A stretch of DNA of 62,005 bases, taken from contig NW_021832236.1 in NCBI RefSeq assembly GCF_006345805.1, forward strand, positions 1 to 62,005, written 5' to 3'. Position 1 is the first letter of the stretch. Every line of letters begins with the position of its first letter. Source of the stretch: Octopus sinensis (Eukaryota). The position numbers and the translations under genes were made by a program. The notes below the pieces were generated by a model that was not told where the DNA came from, ran no database searches, and saw nothing but the letters and a program-made list of their open reading frames with translations. Below are positions 13,301-27,716 of the stretch, piece after piece.

Positions 13301-16020
13301 ATACATACATACATACATACATACATACATACATGCATGCATGCTACATCATACATACATTTGTACATACATACACATACACATACATACATACATACAT
13401 ACATACATACACACATAACATACATACATACATACATACATACATACAAACATACATACATACATACATACATACATACATACATACATGCATGCATGCA
13501 TACATACATACATACACACAACATACAAACATACATACATACATACATACATACATACATACATACATACACCATACATACATACATACATACATACATA
13601 CATACATACATCCATACACACATACATACTACATACATACATACACACATACATACAAACATACATACATACATACATACATACATACATACATACATAC
13701 ATGCATGCATGCATACATACATACAAACTTTGTACATACATACATACATACTACATACATACATACATACATACATACATACATACATACATACATACAT
13801 GCATACAAACATACATACATACATCATACATACATACACACACATACATACATACATACATACAACAACCTACATACAAACATACATACATACATACATA
13901 CATACATACATACATACACACATACATACATACATACATACATACAACATACATACAAACATACATACATACATACATACATACAACATACATCATACTA
14001 CATACATATACATACATGCATACAAACATACATACATACATACATACATACATACACACATACATACATACATACATACATACAAACATACACAACATAC
14101 TACATACATACATACATACATACATACACCATACATACATACATACATGCATACAAACATACATACATACATGCATGCATGCATACATACATACATACAA
14201 CATACATACAACATACATACATACATACATAGTACATACATCATACAAACATACAACACATACATACTACATACATACATACATACAACACATACATACA
14301 TACATACATGCATACATACATAGATACATACATGCATACAAACATACACACATACATACACATACATACATACATACATACATATACATACATGCATACA
14401 AACATACACACATACATACATACACACATACATACACACACATACATACCTACTACATACATCCTGCATACAAACATACACACATACATACAACATACAT
14501 GCAATGCATGCATACATACATACATACCTCCACATACATACATACATACACACTACAACATACATCATGCATACAACATACCACACATACATACATACAT
14601 GCATACAAACACATACATACATACATGCATACATACATACACACATACATACATACACAACATACATACATACATGCATACAAACATACATACATACATA
14701 CATACATCAGACATCATACATACATACATACATACACACATCTACATACATACATGCATACAACATACATACATACATACATACATACATACATACACAC
14801 ATACATACATACATACATACATACACACATACATACATACATACATGCATACAAACATACACACATACATACATACATACATGCATACAAACATCATACA
14901 TACAACAATGCATACATACATACACACATACATACATACACACATACATACATACATACATGCATACAAACAACATACATACATACATACATACATACAT
15001 ACATACATACATACATAACACATACATACATACATACATGCATACAAACATACATACATACATACATACACACAACATACATCAATACATGCATCAAACA
15101 TACACACATACATACATACATACAGCATACAAACATACATACATACATACATGCATACATACATACACACATACATACATACATACATGCATACACATAC
15201 ATACATACATACATACACAAACATCACATACATACATGCATACATACTACACACCACATACATACATACATGCATACAAACATACATACATACATACACA
15301 CACATACATACATACATACATGCATACAAACATACACACATACATACATACATACATGCATGCATGCATACATACATACATACATACATACATACATACA
15401 TACATACATACATACATACATACAAACATACATACAACACATACATACATACATACATACATACATACACACATACATACATACATGCATACAACATACA
15501 CACATACATCATCATACATGCATACAAACATACATACATACATACATACATACATACATACATACATACATACATACACACATACACAACATACATACAC
15601 CATACATATACATACATACATTTGTACATACATACATACATACATACATACATACATACATACATACACAACACATACATACATACATACATGCATACAA
15701 ACATACATACATACAACATACATACAACACATACATACATACATACATACATACACACATACAAACATACATACATACATACATACATACATACATACAT
15801 ACATACATACATACATGCATGCATGCATACATACATACATACATTTGTACATACATACATACATACACACATACATACATACATACACACATACATACAT
15901 ACATACATGCATACAAACATACATACATACATACATACATACATACATACATACATACATACATACATACATACATACATACATACATACATACAAACAG
16001 ACAGACAGACAGACATACAC
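10370..16020. repeat. ~5.6 kb (TACA)n satellite with variant units
   Basis: Seen directly; source of all HTYI/MYVC ORFs. Confidence 0.95.
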
Positions 16021-16054
16021 GCACACACATTTTGTATGTAAAAGAATTTTTACA

Positions 16055-16370
16055 AATATGGTTGGCGCAAGTTGACCAAAATTGAGAGTATGATAGAAAA
16101 CCTGTTCTTCATTCCGTAGAAGATAAAATTCAAATTGGACCATGTTAACACCAAAAATTTTTTACATCAAAAAGGTACTTTTTTTGTATGAAATCTCTAT
16201 TTCTTACGATTTTTTGACTGCTGTGTTGCCATTTTTCGGTGTATTTCAACCAGAAAAATGTTCACTTAAAGAGAATAACAAGCTACATAATGCAAAACTT
16301 TTACTTTTCAACAAAATTCCAATTCTAAAGGGTCGAAACAAACCCGAGCAACGTCGAGCGGTACTGCTAG
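16055..16370 (+). mobile_element. Non-autonomous Helitron, 5'-truncated
   Basis: Reverse complement of the 28164-28550 element; ends aacccgagcaacgtcgagcggtactgCTAG. Confidence 0.75.
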
Positions 16371-16371
16371 C

Positions 16372-16445
<74 letters not shown>

Positions 16446-16570
16446 GGTCCTGGGTTGGTCAGGGTTAACCACAGTAAATAAGGTACTCAATACATTGCAG
16501 AGTAATTAATAGTACTGTTTCATTCAAATGAAATCATCAGGAAGATATATTTGCATATCTAAATATGCAG

Positions 16571-16609
<39 letters not shown>

Positions 16610-16789
16610 AATCTGTATATTTAGATATGCAAATATGCATAAACAAGCATTAAGGGATAAATGAAACATCAGTCATTGGCAAAAAAAAGTCATTTATATA
16701 AATACAATACATTAAATTATATATTACATGGAAAGCATTAAAATATATCACAACATATGTCGATATATAACAATATAAAACAATGCATC

Positions 16790-16975
16790 CTCAAAACAGT
16801 GGACTGTATCAGCCTTTGCTTTACCCTTGGATAACATTGATGGCGTGGAGAGGAGAGGCTGGAATGCATGAGTAACTGCTGGTCTTCCATAATGAATCTT
16901 GCCCGGATTTGTGCCTCAGAGGGGAACTTTCCAGAGGCAATCCCATGGTCATTCATGACCGAAGGGGTTCTTTAC
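16790..16975 (+). mobile_element. Probable retroelement 3'-end fragment, unclassified
   Basis: GC-richer island ending caatcccatggtcattcatgaccgaagggg; only one copy in the window, recognition from memory. Confidence 0.3.
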
Positions 16976-17067
16976 TCAGGTCACTTCAAGGCCAGAACCA
17001 CCTGACACTCATGGCAGTTTCCCTCTCCCAAAAGTAAACTTCAGACTGAATTTAAACTTAAACTTTT

Positions 17068-17305
17068 AAGGCGGCGAGCTGGCAGAAACGTTAGCACGCC
17101 GGGCGAGAATGCTTAGCGGTATTTCGTCTGTCGTTACGTTCTGAGTTCAAATTCCGCCGAGGTCGACTTTACCTTTCATCCTTTCGGGGTCGATAAATTA
17201 AGTACCAGTTACGCACTGGGGTCGATGTAATCGACTTAATCCGTTTGTCTGTCCTTGTTTGTCCCCTCTGTGTTTAGCCCCTTATCGGCAATAAAAGAAA
17301 TAAGA
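17068..17305 (+). mobile_element. SINE family B, full length
   Basis: aaggcggcgagctggcagaaacgttagcacgccgggcg...gagttcaaattccgccgaggtcgactttacctttcatcctttcggggtcgataaattaagtacc. Confidence 0.9.
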
Positions 17306-17544
17306 ATTGAAATTTAACTCTTTCAAGCGTACCAGTTGCTCCTCGCACCCACTTTCCATTAAACTTTCTCAAGGATAGAAGCCCACACTTCACTTTCATC
17401 TTTATAAGAGGTTGATCGAAGAAGCTAGCGTCATGTTATAAACCATTTCAAATGCATCAATTATGCAATTTCTATTTTCATGGCCACAATCGAAAATAAA
17501 AGAAAACTCTCTAACTTGCCCGCATTTAATAAAAACTATTTGAC

Positions 17545-17963
17545 GCAGGCGTAGGAGTGACTGTGTGGTAAGTAGCTTGCTTACCAGCCACATGGTTCCG
17601 GGTTCAGTCCCACTGCGTGGCACCTTGGGCAAGTGTCTTCTACTATAGCCTCAGACCGACCAAAGCATTGTGAGTGGATTTGGTAGACAGAAACTGAAAA
17701 GAAGCCCGTCGTATATATATGTATATATGTGTATGTGTGTGTATATGTTTGTGTGTCTGTGTTGTCCCCCCCCCAACATCGCTTGACAACCGATGCTGGT
17801 GTGTTTACGTTCCCGTAACTTAGCGGTTCGACAAAAGAAACCGATAGAATAAGTACTAGGCTTACAAAGAATAAGTCCTGGGGTCGATTTGCTCTCGACT
17901 AAATGCGGTGCTCCAGCATGGCCGCAGTCAAATGACTGAAACAAGTAAAAGAGTAAAAGAGTA
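17545..17963 (+). mobile_element. SINE family A, full length
   Basis: Box A/B head, (TG)n linker, tail ending in (gtaaaaga)n. Confidence 0.9.
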
Positions 17964-18740
17964 ATATTTCAGCGTTTCCTTTTCTAACCTCGTGTAGTTT
18001 TTTAGTAACAATTTGGACAACGAACGAATGTGTGAAGAAAGGCTTCACCACTCTCAGCGCGTATGAGACAAACCTAACTCTGTTTGTGTGTGCGCATGCG
18101 TATGTGTGTGTGTGTGTGTGTGAGTGCGCATGCACGATCACACAGAAAAAAAAGAAAGAGAAAACAAGACATAGAAATCGAAGATAAACGCACACACGCG
18201 TAACACATCTACATATATTTTTGGAAATATGAATGGGAATATAAAATCAAAAATAAAAACCCATTAAAAAACGGAGGGAAAAAACCCCCTCCAACAGAAA
18301 ACTATGTAAAAATTGCTAGTAAGAGTATAAATATTGAATCAATATAACTGAAAGCCATCTTCCAAATTCTTGGTATCGTTATCTTTAAATGAAAAAAAAA
18401 AACTTCTATTTTTTTTTTTTGGTCTTTTAGCTTAATGCAGATGTAAAACGTCGTGAAATTTTCTGGAAGAGAAGACAAGTACGACAACGAGGCAGAATAC
18501 AGGCCCTTTTATGGATGGTTCTGAGGGTTTATGGATACATGTATCTATGTATCTATGAAAATGTACATATATATATTTTTCCAATATGCATATGTGTGTG
18601 TATGCAGATGGCTGGATGGATTTACAATACATGCGTGTGCATATAGAAATATTCTTGTACATGTATAGTTAAGTATACTTGTATATTTACACACGTGTAT
18701 TATATATATATATATGTGTGTGTGTATGTATAAATAAATA

Positions 18741-18780
<40 letters not shown>

Positions 18781-19099
18781 CTTCTTTCTCGCTTATATAT
18801 ATATATATATATACACATACATACATATTTATATATATATATGTGTGTGTGTGTATGAGCTGCTATAACTAATACAACAGAAGATTCAGACCAAACCCCA
18901 TAACAAGACATACCGATGCAGTACAATATTCTACCCCACTGTCATAAAGTGCAGCAAATGATGTAATAGAAAGTTGCTTGAAACTATGAGATGTTGAAAA
19001 ATAATAGTCGTGATGACGTTGGTGACGAATGATACCTTACCTCAGTTTATGAGAGACAGGAGTTTCCGTAGAAACCTAAAAGAAGGGGTTACAGAAAAC

Positions 19100-20515
19100 G
19101 GATGTAAACACTTTGGGTACAAAAGGGTATGTTTAAAGTGACTGACCAGGGACCAGTAGATGAAGCTAATGCTGTTAGGAGAAGAAAGTGTATGATAGAA
19201 TTGGAGGTGGAAGAGATTACAGAGATCAAAAGAGAACTGGAAAAGAAATATCAGGCAGTAGAAAAGACAAACAACAACATAAGAGATACAGCTCAAATCA
19301 AAGAAGATTCTAAAGGAAAAAAAATAATAATAGCGCTACTAATAAGGAACGGACAACTGGCACTAGTGATTTAAGCGACTTAAGTCAGGAAGATCAGACA
19401 ATTTTAGATGAGTTGCAGGAAGTAATGAGTAAAGAAGTAAGAAAAGGATTGCCAACATTAAAAGGCATCAACAGAAGGAAGCTGCTAGAAATGACTAGGA
19501 AAGTAGATTCTGTTATCAATAGGATAGATACTAAAAATGTAGGAAGGGTAATAGTTACTAGAAGATTAGATAGTCCAGAAGGTAAAATTAGAAAAGAGCA
19601 AATGTGGAAAAGGTGATTACAAAATAAAGTGAAAATTTAAGACAAGATCAGAGTACTATAGAAGCCTGGAAACTGAAAAAGTTGGGAAACACAAGATTCA
19701 AATCTTCTCTTGAGAAAAGATACTTAGTCAAAGAGAAAGGATTTTGGACTGTTATAGAAGAGTTGAAAGTGCGTATCATAGCAATAGCAGGTAAACTTTC
19801 CAGATATCAGAAAATAATCGATCAGTATCAACAGAATAGATTATTTGAGACAGACCAGAGGAGATTCTATAACCAAATAAATAGTGGAGAATAAAGTACT
19901 GAAGATATGAAACATAATACAGAAGAAGCTAGTAAGTTCTGGAGGAATATTTGGGATAAGCCAGTCAATCATAACAGAGATGCAGTATGGTCAAAGAAAG
20001 TGAGGGAAGAAGTAGTCAGTGACGAGCAGCCAGGTCTGAGACTGATTAGTGCATTAATGAGTAAAGTGTTAGGGAAAATGCCGAATTGGAAGGGCCGGGA
20101 CCAGATTTAGTTCAAGGGTATTGGCTAAAGAAATTCAGTAGTCTACATGGGAGGCTGAGGGAACAGCCTCAGGATTGCCTTAATGGAGGAATAACACCAG
20201 ATTGGATGACTAGAGGGAGAACAATACTCCTTATCAAAGATTAAACAAGAGTAATACAGCCAACAATGGAAGACCAACAACTTGCTTACCCTTAATCTGG
20301 AAGCTGTTAAACAAGAATGCTTTTAGAAAGCATTTACGAGCACCTTGGTAGCTAGAATTTATTGCCAGAACAGTAAGGTTGCAGGAAGAAGGCTAGAAGT
20401 AAAAGCTAGAAAGAAAAATCAAACAATAGCATGGACAGATTATAAGAAAGCCTATGATATGATCCCACACTCAAGGATAAGTGAATGTTTGAGTATGTTC
20501 AGTATAGCAAACAAC
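19100..20515 (+). mobile_element. Decayed RLE-type (R4/Dong-like) LINE, N-terminal region and start of RT
   Basis: Frameshifted QYQQNRLFETDQRRFY, FWRNIWDKPVNHN, KMPNWKG(P)GPD-VQGYWLK, AWTDYKKAYDMIPH; cut off by a SINE A tail. Confidence 0.8.
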
Positions 20516-20712
20516 ATGTGTTTGTTCCCCCAACATCGCTTGACAACCGATGCTGGTGCGTTTACGTCCCCGTAACTTAGCGGTTAAAAGAGAACGATAG
20601 AATAAGTACTAGGCTTACAAAGAATAAGTCCTGGAGTCGATTTGCTCGACTAAAGGTGGTACTCCAGCATGGCCGCAGTCAACATGACTGAAACAAGTAA
20701 AAGAGTATATAT
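20516..20712 (+). mobile_element. SINE family A, 3' half
   Basis: ccccaacatcgcttgacaaccgatgctgg...ccagcatggccgcagtc. Confidence 0.85.
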
Positions 20713-20719
20713 AAAAAGA

Positions 20720-22950
20720 GTATGGTCCTTTACACATACACACATCTCCACCAACCATAAAACATCTTGGCAGATCTTTGTAGACACCGTCACAGACATA
20801 TGTGCAAAACACTCCCCACCAAGACCTGTGAACAAAAAGTGCAGAATCCCCCAAAACAGAAAAACCATTATCAGAAAAATAAAAAGAACAACAAAAAAAT
20901 TAACAAACTAAAGTACTGCCAACAGCAACACACACATTCGACGGCTATCGCACTGCTTGAATCCAAAAAATATAACCTCCAACAATGCATGAAGACCCTC
21001 ATCAATAACCAAAGATAAGCTGAGGAGAAGTGGGCCATTGAAAAAATCAAACTCAACCCCAAAGTGTTCTTTTCATTTGCGAGGAAACGCAGGGTCACTG
21101 TCTCCATTGTTGGCCCTCTAATTGATGAAACTGGCACTCTCCAAGATAATGCAAATCCATGGCCGAGATACTGCAGAAACAATACTGCTCTGTTTTCAGC
21201 AATCCTGATATGGCCGATCTGGGCTGTATCAGTGATGTCAACCCCCAACACACTATATCGGACATAACGTTTAGTGCCCCTGATGTCTTAGCGGCGATAA
21301 ACGAAATAAAACACAATTCAGTAGTAGGCCCCGATAGGTTCCCTGCTTGTGTCCTGAAGGTGTGTCGACACCAACTTGCATCTCCCCTTGCTAATCTGTG
21401 GAGAACTCACTGGATGCTGGCTATATTCCAAAAAACCTTCTGTCCCAGTCTGTTGTCCCAGTTTTCAAAAAGGGAAACAAGTCCCTTGCAGTGAACTACC
21501 GTCCGATCTCACTCACCTCTCATATCATCAAGGTATTTGAGAGGGTGGTGAGATCTCGAATAACCCAATTTCTGGAAAGCAACAGACGGCTGATCTCTAA
21601 CCAACATGGTTCCGTAATGGAAGGGACTGCCTAACGCAGCTCCTGCATCACTTTGATGACATTTTGAGAGCTTTGGGAGAGGGCTCCAACACCGATGTAA
21701 TCTACCTTGATTTCAGTAAGGCCTTCGACAGGGTCGATCACAAGATCCTATTGAAAAAACTATCCAACATTGGTGTCTCTGGAAAGTTACTGAAATGGAT
21801 CAAGTGTTTCCTGACAGACAGATCTCAACATGTTGTTGTTGAAGGGGTAAAATCAAGCCCAGCCAAAGTCAGTAGTGGCGTTCCGCAAGGCACTGTGCTG
21901 GGCCCACTTCTTTTCATCATTTACATTAATGACATTAATGACATCATCAAGCACAGCAACATAAAAATCTTTGCAGATGATTCCAAGCTACAGAAGGTCA
22001 TAAATGAGGCGAGTGACCAGACATGCCTTCAGTCAGATCTACTGGCTGTTATCCAATGGGCAGAAAAAAACAATATGCTGCTGAACGAGGATAAATTTGA
22101 GTTAATCCACTTTGGAAAAGAGGATGCCCTGAAACTCCCATACTCCCTTCCTTCAGGTGAAACTCTCGCGGCGTCCAACAACATCAGAGACTTGGGAGTC
22201 ATTGTGGACAACAACATAAGCTGGGCCACTCATATAAACACCAAAGTTGACATGGCCCGCAGAATGTGTTCCTGGATTCTCAGAACTTTCCAGTCGAGAG
22301 ATATCCACACCATTATCCTTCTCTTCTCCACTTTTGCCCGACCCCACCTTGACTACTGTTGTCCACTATGGTCTCCCCACACAATACAAGGTATCATAAA
22401 AGTTGAAGCACCTCAAAGGGCAATCACAAAAAAGATAGATGGCATGACAGGCCTAGACTATTGGGGTTGACTAGAAAAGCTAAAACTTTATTCTCTCCAA
22501 CGTCATCGTGAGCGCTACATCATCTGCATGATGTGGAAAATATTCCATCAGCATTGCCAAATGATGTTGGCATCACCTTTAAGGTACATCCAAGGCTTGG
22601 GCCCCGTGCCATCCGCCCAAAACAAAATCGCACTTCATCGCATAACAACAATATGGCACAATTATTTCACCTCAATTGGCCCCGCTCTCTTTAACATTAC
22701 ACCAAAACACATTAAAACAGAAACTGACCCTATAGGGTTCAAGGAGTCTTTGGACAGATTCCTTCAAGAAATCCCGGATAAATCCCCTACACCCGGATAT
22801 GTCTCTGTAAACAATAACTCTCTACTTGAGTGGGCCATAGTGCCCAAATTCTGACTTGAAAGACTTCACCAGGTGGTGCTATTAAGTTAGACATGGCCTG
22901 GGCCAATAATGGCCGAAACCTATCAAAGTATCAAAGTATCAAAGTATATA
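20720..22950 (+). mobile_element. 5'-truncated CR1/Jockey-group LINE with frameshifted RT
   Basis: PVFKKG, NYRPISLTS, YLDFSKAFDRVDH, GVPQGTVLGPLLF, FADD motifs across several frames; last stop at 22854; 3' tail (atcaaagt)x3. Confidence 0.9.
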
Positions 22951-22999
22951 TATATATGTATATGTGTGTGTATATATTTATATATATATATATATATAT

Positions 23000-23115
<116 letters not shown>

Positions 23116-24122
23116 AGATTAGCTCGTATACGAGTGGGTATATATTTGTAAAAAATGAAGTTTGAAAATGCCGCTATATAAGACAAATTTTAATTAACAT
23201 GTTTCGATTCTTGAAATAACGAACCTTATCAAAAAATTTTTTTATATATAATAAAGAGAGTCCATGCTATATGTTTAAAGAGTATGATGTAACAGTTCAT
23301 AATTGTGACATACATTCAATAGAGTCAAATATAAAAAATTCATGTTCTTGAAAAGGCGAGGAGTTCATTATAGATTTTACCTTGTGTTCCAATGGGAGCA
23401 ACAGTAATGATTCTTGGTCGGCGTCTGCTGGCATATATCAGACAATGCTTCATGAAAACTATTCTACTCTAATATGCATACATACATATACTACAAACAC
23501 ACACACACATATACACATACATACACACATACACATACATGCATACATACATGCATACATACATACATACATACATACATACATACATACATACATACAT
23601 ACATACATACATACATACATACATACACATCAGCATGTGTTTATGTATGACGACAATGTCAATAACAACATCAGGATTAAAGGCAGCAATGGGGACAGCA
23701 GTTACAACTTTTGAAATAAACCCGCGAAGCTCTAGAACAGGTATGTAACATCGATGAGGAAAACTATGAGGATAGCATAAAACAATAACAAAGGCGAATT
23801 TTAATAACAAGAGTGAAACAAAAGCTGAGGAGGGGGCGTTGGTGGGAATGTGTGTGTGTGTGTGTGTGGGGGGGGGGCGATGTTCAGTGTTGATACTTCT
23901 TTGTGACGTCTAATAAGGGGGAAACTGTCTTTTGTGAAGTGGAATAAATAACAAAGAATAAGGCAGTCAGCTTGGATGAACAACAAATATTTCAATGTTT
24001 ATATTTCCTTGTTGTGCAGTGTTGTTCGTATGTCACACTCTCTCATTCTCCCTCCCTCTCTTTCTTTCTCTGTACATACACACATATATACATACATGCA
24101 TATTACATACATACCCATATAC

Positions 24123-25105
24123 ATCATAGTGATTTGGGATACAGAAGAGAAGCTGCGTGCGGTAGTAGAGATCAGCAGCCCTAAGGCGGCGAGGTGGCAG
24201 AAACGTTAGCACACCGGGCGAAATGCTTAGCGGTATTTCGTCTGCCGCTACGTTCTGTGTTCAAATTCCACCGAGGTCGACTTTGCCTTTCATTCTCTCG
24301 GGATCAATAAATTAAGTACCAGTTACGCACTGGGGTCGATATAATCGACTTAATCCGTTTGTCTGTCCTTGTTTGTCCCCTCTGTGTTTAGCCTCTTGTG
24401 GGTAGTAAAGAAACAGGTATTTCGTCTGTCGTTACGTTTTGAGTTCAAATTCCGCCGAGGTCGACTTTGCCTTTCATCCTTTCGGGGTCGATAAATTAAG
24501 TACCAGTTACGCACTGGGGTCGATGTAATCGACTTAATCTCTTTGTCTGTCCTTGTTTTTCCCCTCTATGTTTAGTCCCTTGTGGCCAATAAGAAAATAA
24601 GAAATCAGCAGCCCAGCAGATGTTAACATAAAGCTAAAGATCTGCGAAATAGAAAATATCTACACTGAACTATTGAAAAATCTACATGTACTCTATCCAG
24701 ATTACAAGTTCAGTTTTATACCTGCAATCATTGAGGCCCTGGGATATGTAACACACTGCCTAAATGCTAATCTTGAGAAATTAGGCTATTCTAAACCAGA
24801 AAGGAGAAAGCTGATTCGAAGATTACAGATCGAAGCCATCACTGGAACCGTTAATATTTGTAAAACTTTCCAGAAATTTATTGTTTAAGTATATATACGT
24901 ATGTCTAGATGTGCAACTGCATGGCAATACAAACATAAAACAGAACATATAAATCTGCCCATGTACTGACACCAAATATTGCACATATGCACACATATAT
25001 GCATAAATATCCTGTTGATATTGTTGAAATTCTAATGAAGGACGCTTCGGTCAAGGTTTGAAACAACTATTTCTCTATTGGTAAGAAATCTTGCAAATGA
25101 AGCTT
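24123..25105 (+). mobile_element. RLE-type LINE 3' fragment (endonuclease domain and 3' UTR), interrupted by a SINE
   Basis: With the SINE removed it reads IVIWDTEEKLRAVVEISSPADVNIKLKI...YPDYKFSFIPAIIEALGYV...KTFQKFIV* (stop 24888). Confidence 0.8.
24182..24603 (+). mobile_element. SINE family B partial dimer with 11-bp target site duplication
   Basis: ATCAGCAGCCC at 24171-24181 and 24604-24614; second unit restarts at 24416. Confidence 0.9.
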
Positions 25106-25629
25106 AATAATGACATACATACATATGGATGTGTACAAGAAATGAGCACAAACGATAAAAACACAAAGTGAAAGTTAAGCTTCTGTCAGATATATAACTA
25201 AGGATTAATGTAGTTTCGCTACCCCAGACAGACCTGCATATTTGGGATACCAACAACGATTGGATGCGATTTTGTGGCAATAGTTTCAAAGATGATGAGG
25301 AACAAAAACAAGAAAACATAGTTTAGACTTAAGGACCGGGGCGGAGAAAGACAAGAGCAAGAAAATATATGGATAAGTGTAACTAGGACAAAAATTAATG
25401 AATTACGGTTTTAATGTCTAAAATAAAACATTCGAATACGATGAAGATAAAATAAAACAATAACACAAAGCAATAACAAGTGCAACGTGAAGTTGAAAGA
25501 AAAGGTACAAGTATTAGACGAATTTCTTGAGCTCATGTCGGAGACGAGATGGATATTTGTACTGATTAGAGAAGGTGGAAGATAATAGGGAGATTAGTGG
25601 CCAGAAAGAAGAGTCAAGCAAGCTGGAGT

Positions 25630-25658
25630 TCTAAAGCAGACAGTGAAAGAGAGAGAGA

Positions 25659-25700
<42 letters not shown>

Positions 25701-26060
25701 GGATGGAGAGAGAAACAGAGGAATGGAGATAGAAGGATAAAGACAGGGACAAAGACAGAGCGAGACACAGAAAGGGAGAAACAAAGCGATAGAGACCGAG
25801 GGAAAGAGACAGGGAGAGGAAAAGAGAGACAGTGAGAGAGAGAGAGAGGGGGATAGAAACAGAGGACAAAGGCAGAGGGGCATAAACAGAGGGTCAGAGA
25901 GAGAGAGAGAGACAGAAGGGCAGACAGAGAGAGACAGTGAGAGACAGAAAGAGACAGAGAGAGAGTGAAAGAGAGAGGGATAAACAGACAGACAGATAGA
26001 TAGGGAGAGAGAGAGAAAGAGAGAGTGAGAGAAAGAGAGAGAGAGAGAGGGAAAGAAAGA
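25630..26060. repeat. (GA)n/(GACA)n purine-rich array
   Basis: Seen directly. Confidence 0.9.
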
Positions 26061-26513
26061 AGTTGGGAAATAAGAAAAAGAGAAAAATATCTCATAGAAA
26101 AGCGAAAACGTATGAGAAAAGATGGCCGTATTTGTTGACAACCATGAATTTCAAATATGGGCGCAAACAGTTAAAAACATATCGAAGAAAAACATAAACG
26201 AAAATGAAGCTTTCACGGGTGTCTCACTTAGAATTACGTAAATGGGTGTATGTATGTATGCATGTATGCATGTATCTGTGTGTGCGTATATGTATGTAAG
26301 TACGCTTGCATATATTTCTGCGTGTATATGCATAGGCATATATATATATATACACACACATACGCACGCACACATATTCTATATATATTATATACATACA
26401 TACGCACACACAGAGAAACCCTCAATTCACGTTGTCGACAAGTTGTTGAGAAATAAGACCTTAAATAATGATATATATATATATTATATATATATATATT
26501 ATGCATGTGTGTG

Positions 26514-26665
<152 letters not shown>

Positions 26666-26741
26666 TGTTGTAAGGTTTCAGAAAGTCGAATAGCACTCGA
26701 TCAGCTAAGAGAGTAAACCTAATGTTATAATAAAAACCACA

Positions 26742-27052
26742 ATTCTTGCTAAATACAGCTGCACGCACAGGGCTCCCTGGTCGAAACAATAATTTATTTC
26801 ACAACTTTTCAAGCTGATAAGAAGACCGTTTGTCAATTGCATTTTCCCCTATTCCTCGTCTGTGATGGTGGAGGTGAGGGGTGTTAATTCGTGGGCTGCG
26901 TCCATCTCGCAGTTGTCGATGATGATGTCAGAAGAGTGCTGTCATCTGCTTTAAAAGGCAACTGACGAACGGTCTTGCTATCATCTTGAAAAATGGCGAA
27001 ATAGATTATTTTTTCGACCAGGAAACCCAGGATAGCTGTATTTAAAACAAGA
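26742..27052. mobile_element. Old MITE-like element with ~90-bp diverged inverted termini
   Basis: aaatacagct...cctggtcgaaacaataatttatttc...aagaccgtttgtcaattgc versus gcaactgacgaacggtctt...gaaatagattattttttcgaccagg...agctgtattt. Confidence 0.6.
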
Positions 27053-27229
27053 AACGTATACATATATCCACGATGCAAAATGAAACCAATTTTGCCATAG
27101 GTCTAATGATATATGCTACAATTACTATTCCTACGGTATATTCTTACAGTATATTTCGAAACATTGAACATCAACAAACGGCTTAACAGAGATTATTAAA
27201 AAGCAATGAGATAATTATTCAAAGAACCT

Positions 27230-27545
27230 GTCTGAGCTTTAATGCCGTGCATTATCTTTCTTCCATGCTTATAATTCCTTGCAGAGTTGTATCCACTCGT
27301 TATTAAACTATTTGCTTTTGTATATCTCGATGTTTGAGAATCTCGGTGAAAATTGCTACAGCTTTATCATAAACTGGAAAATCTCAGACAAATTCTTTAT
27401 TGTTAAAAATCTATGGTGATTTTGCATCCTCGCTTATTGCCTTCAGTTCGGTGCTTTTCTAATTCCCTGAAGTCCTCATTAGATATTTCTTCATTAAGAT
27501 TCAAGTCAATCCGTAATTCTTTTTTTAGTTATTGTCTTATCTTAA
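27230..27545 (-). mobile_element. Possible highly decayed DNA-transposon (pogo/Tigger-like) C-terminal fragment
   Basis: Stop-riddled minus frames (KKELRIDLNLNEEISNEDF; YDKAVAIFTEILKHRDIQ); no catalytic motif seen. Confidence 0.2.
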
Positions 27546-27716
27546 AAAGGTCTCACCCCTATGAAGTAGACTGTAGGCAACATTCCCCTAACATCATCAT
27601 GAAACAACTGCAAGCTAGAATTTACACACATCGGCTCCACCATCACAAACGGAATTTTGTGCTACAACGCCTGGCCATTCCATATGTATATATATATATA
27701 TATATATATACATACA

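Noticed and set aside
10234-16143. Very long ORFs (up to 1075 aa) of HTYI/MYVC repeats
   Set aside because: They are translations of the (TACA)n satellite, which has no stop codons in most frames
18441-18478. Possible micro-exon DVKRREIFWKRRQ after a poly-T tract
   Set aside because: Too short to identify, weak donor, no supporting neighbours
23650-23739. Open frame ending in CAG|GTATGT
   Set aside because: No polypyrimidine acceptor (it follows a TACA run) and the peptide is unrecognisable
25028-25075. ctaatga...gaaac hammerhead-like spacing in a LINE 3' UTR
   Set aside because: G5 is missing, stem II pairing is poor, and there is no stem III palindrome or UH triplet with a stem I
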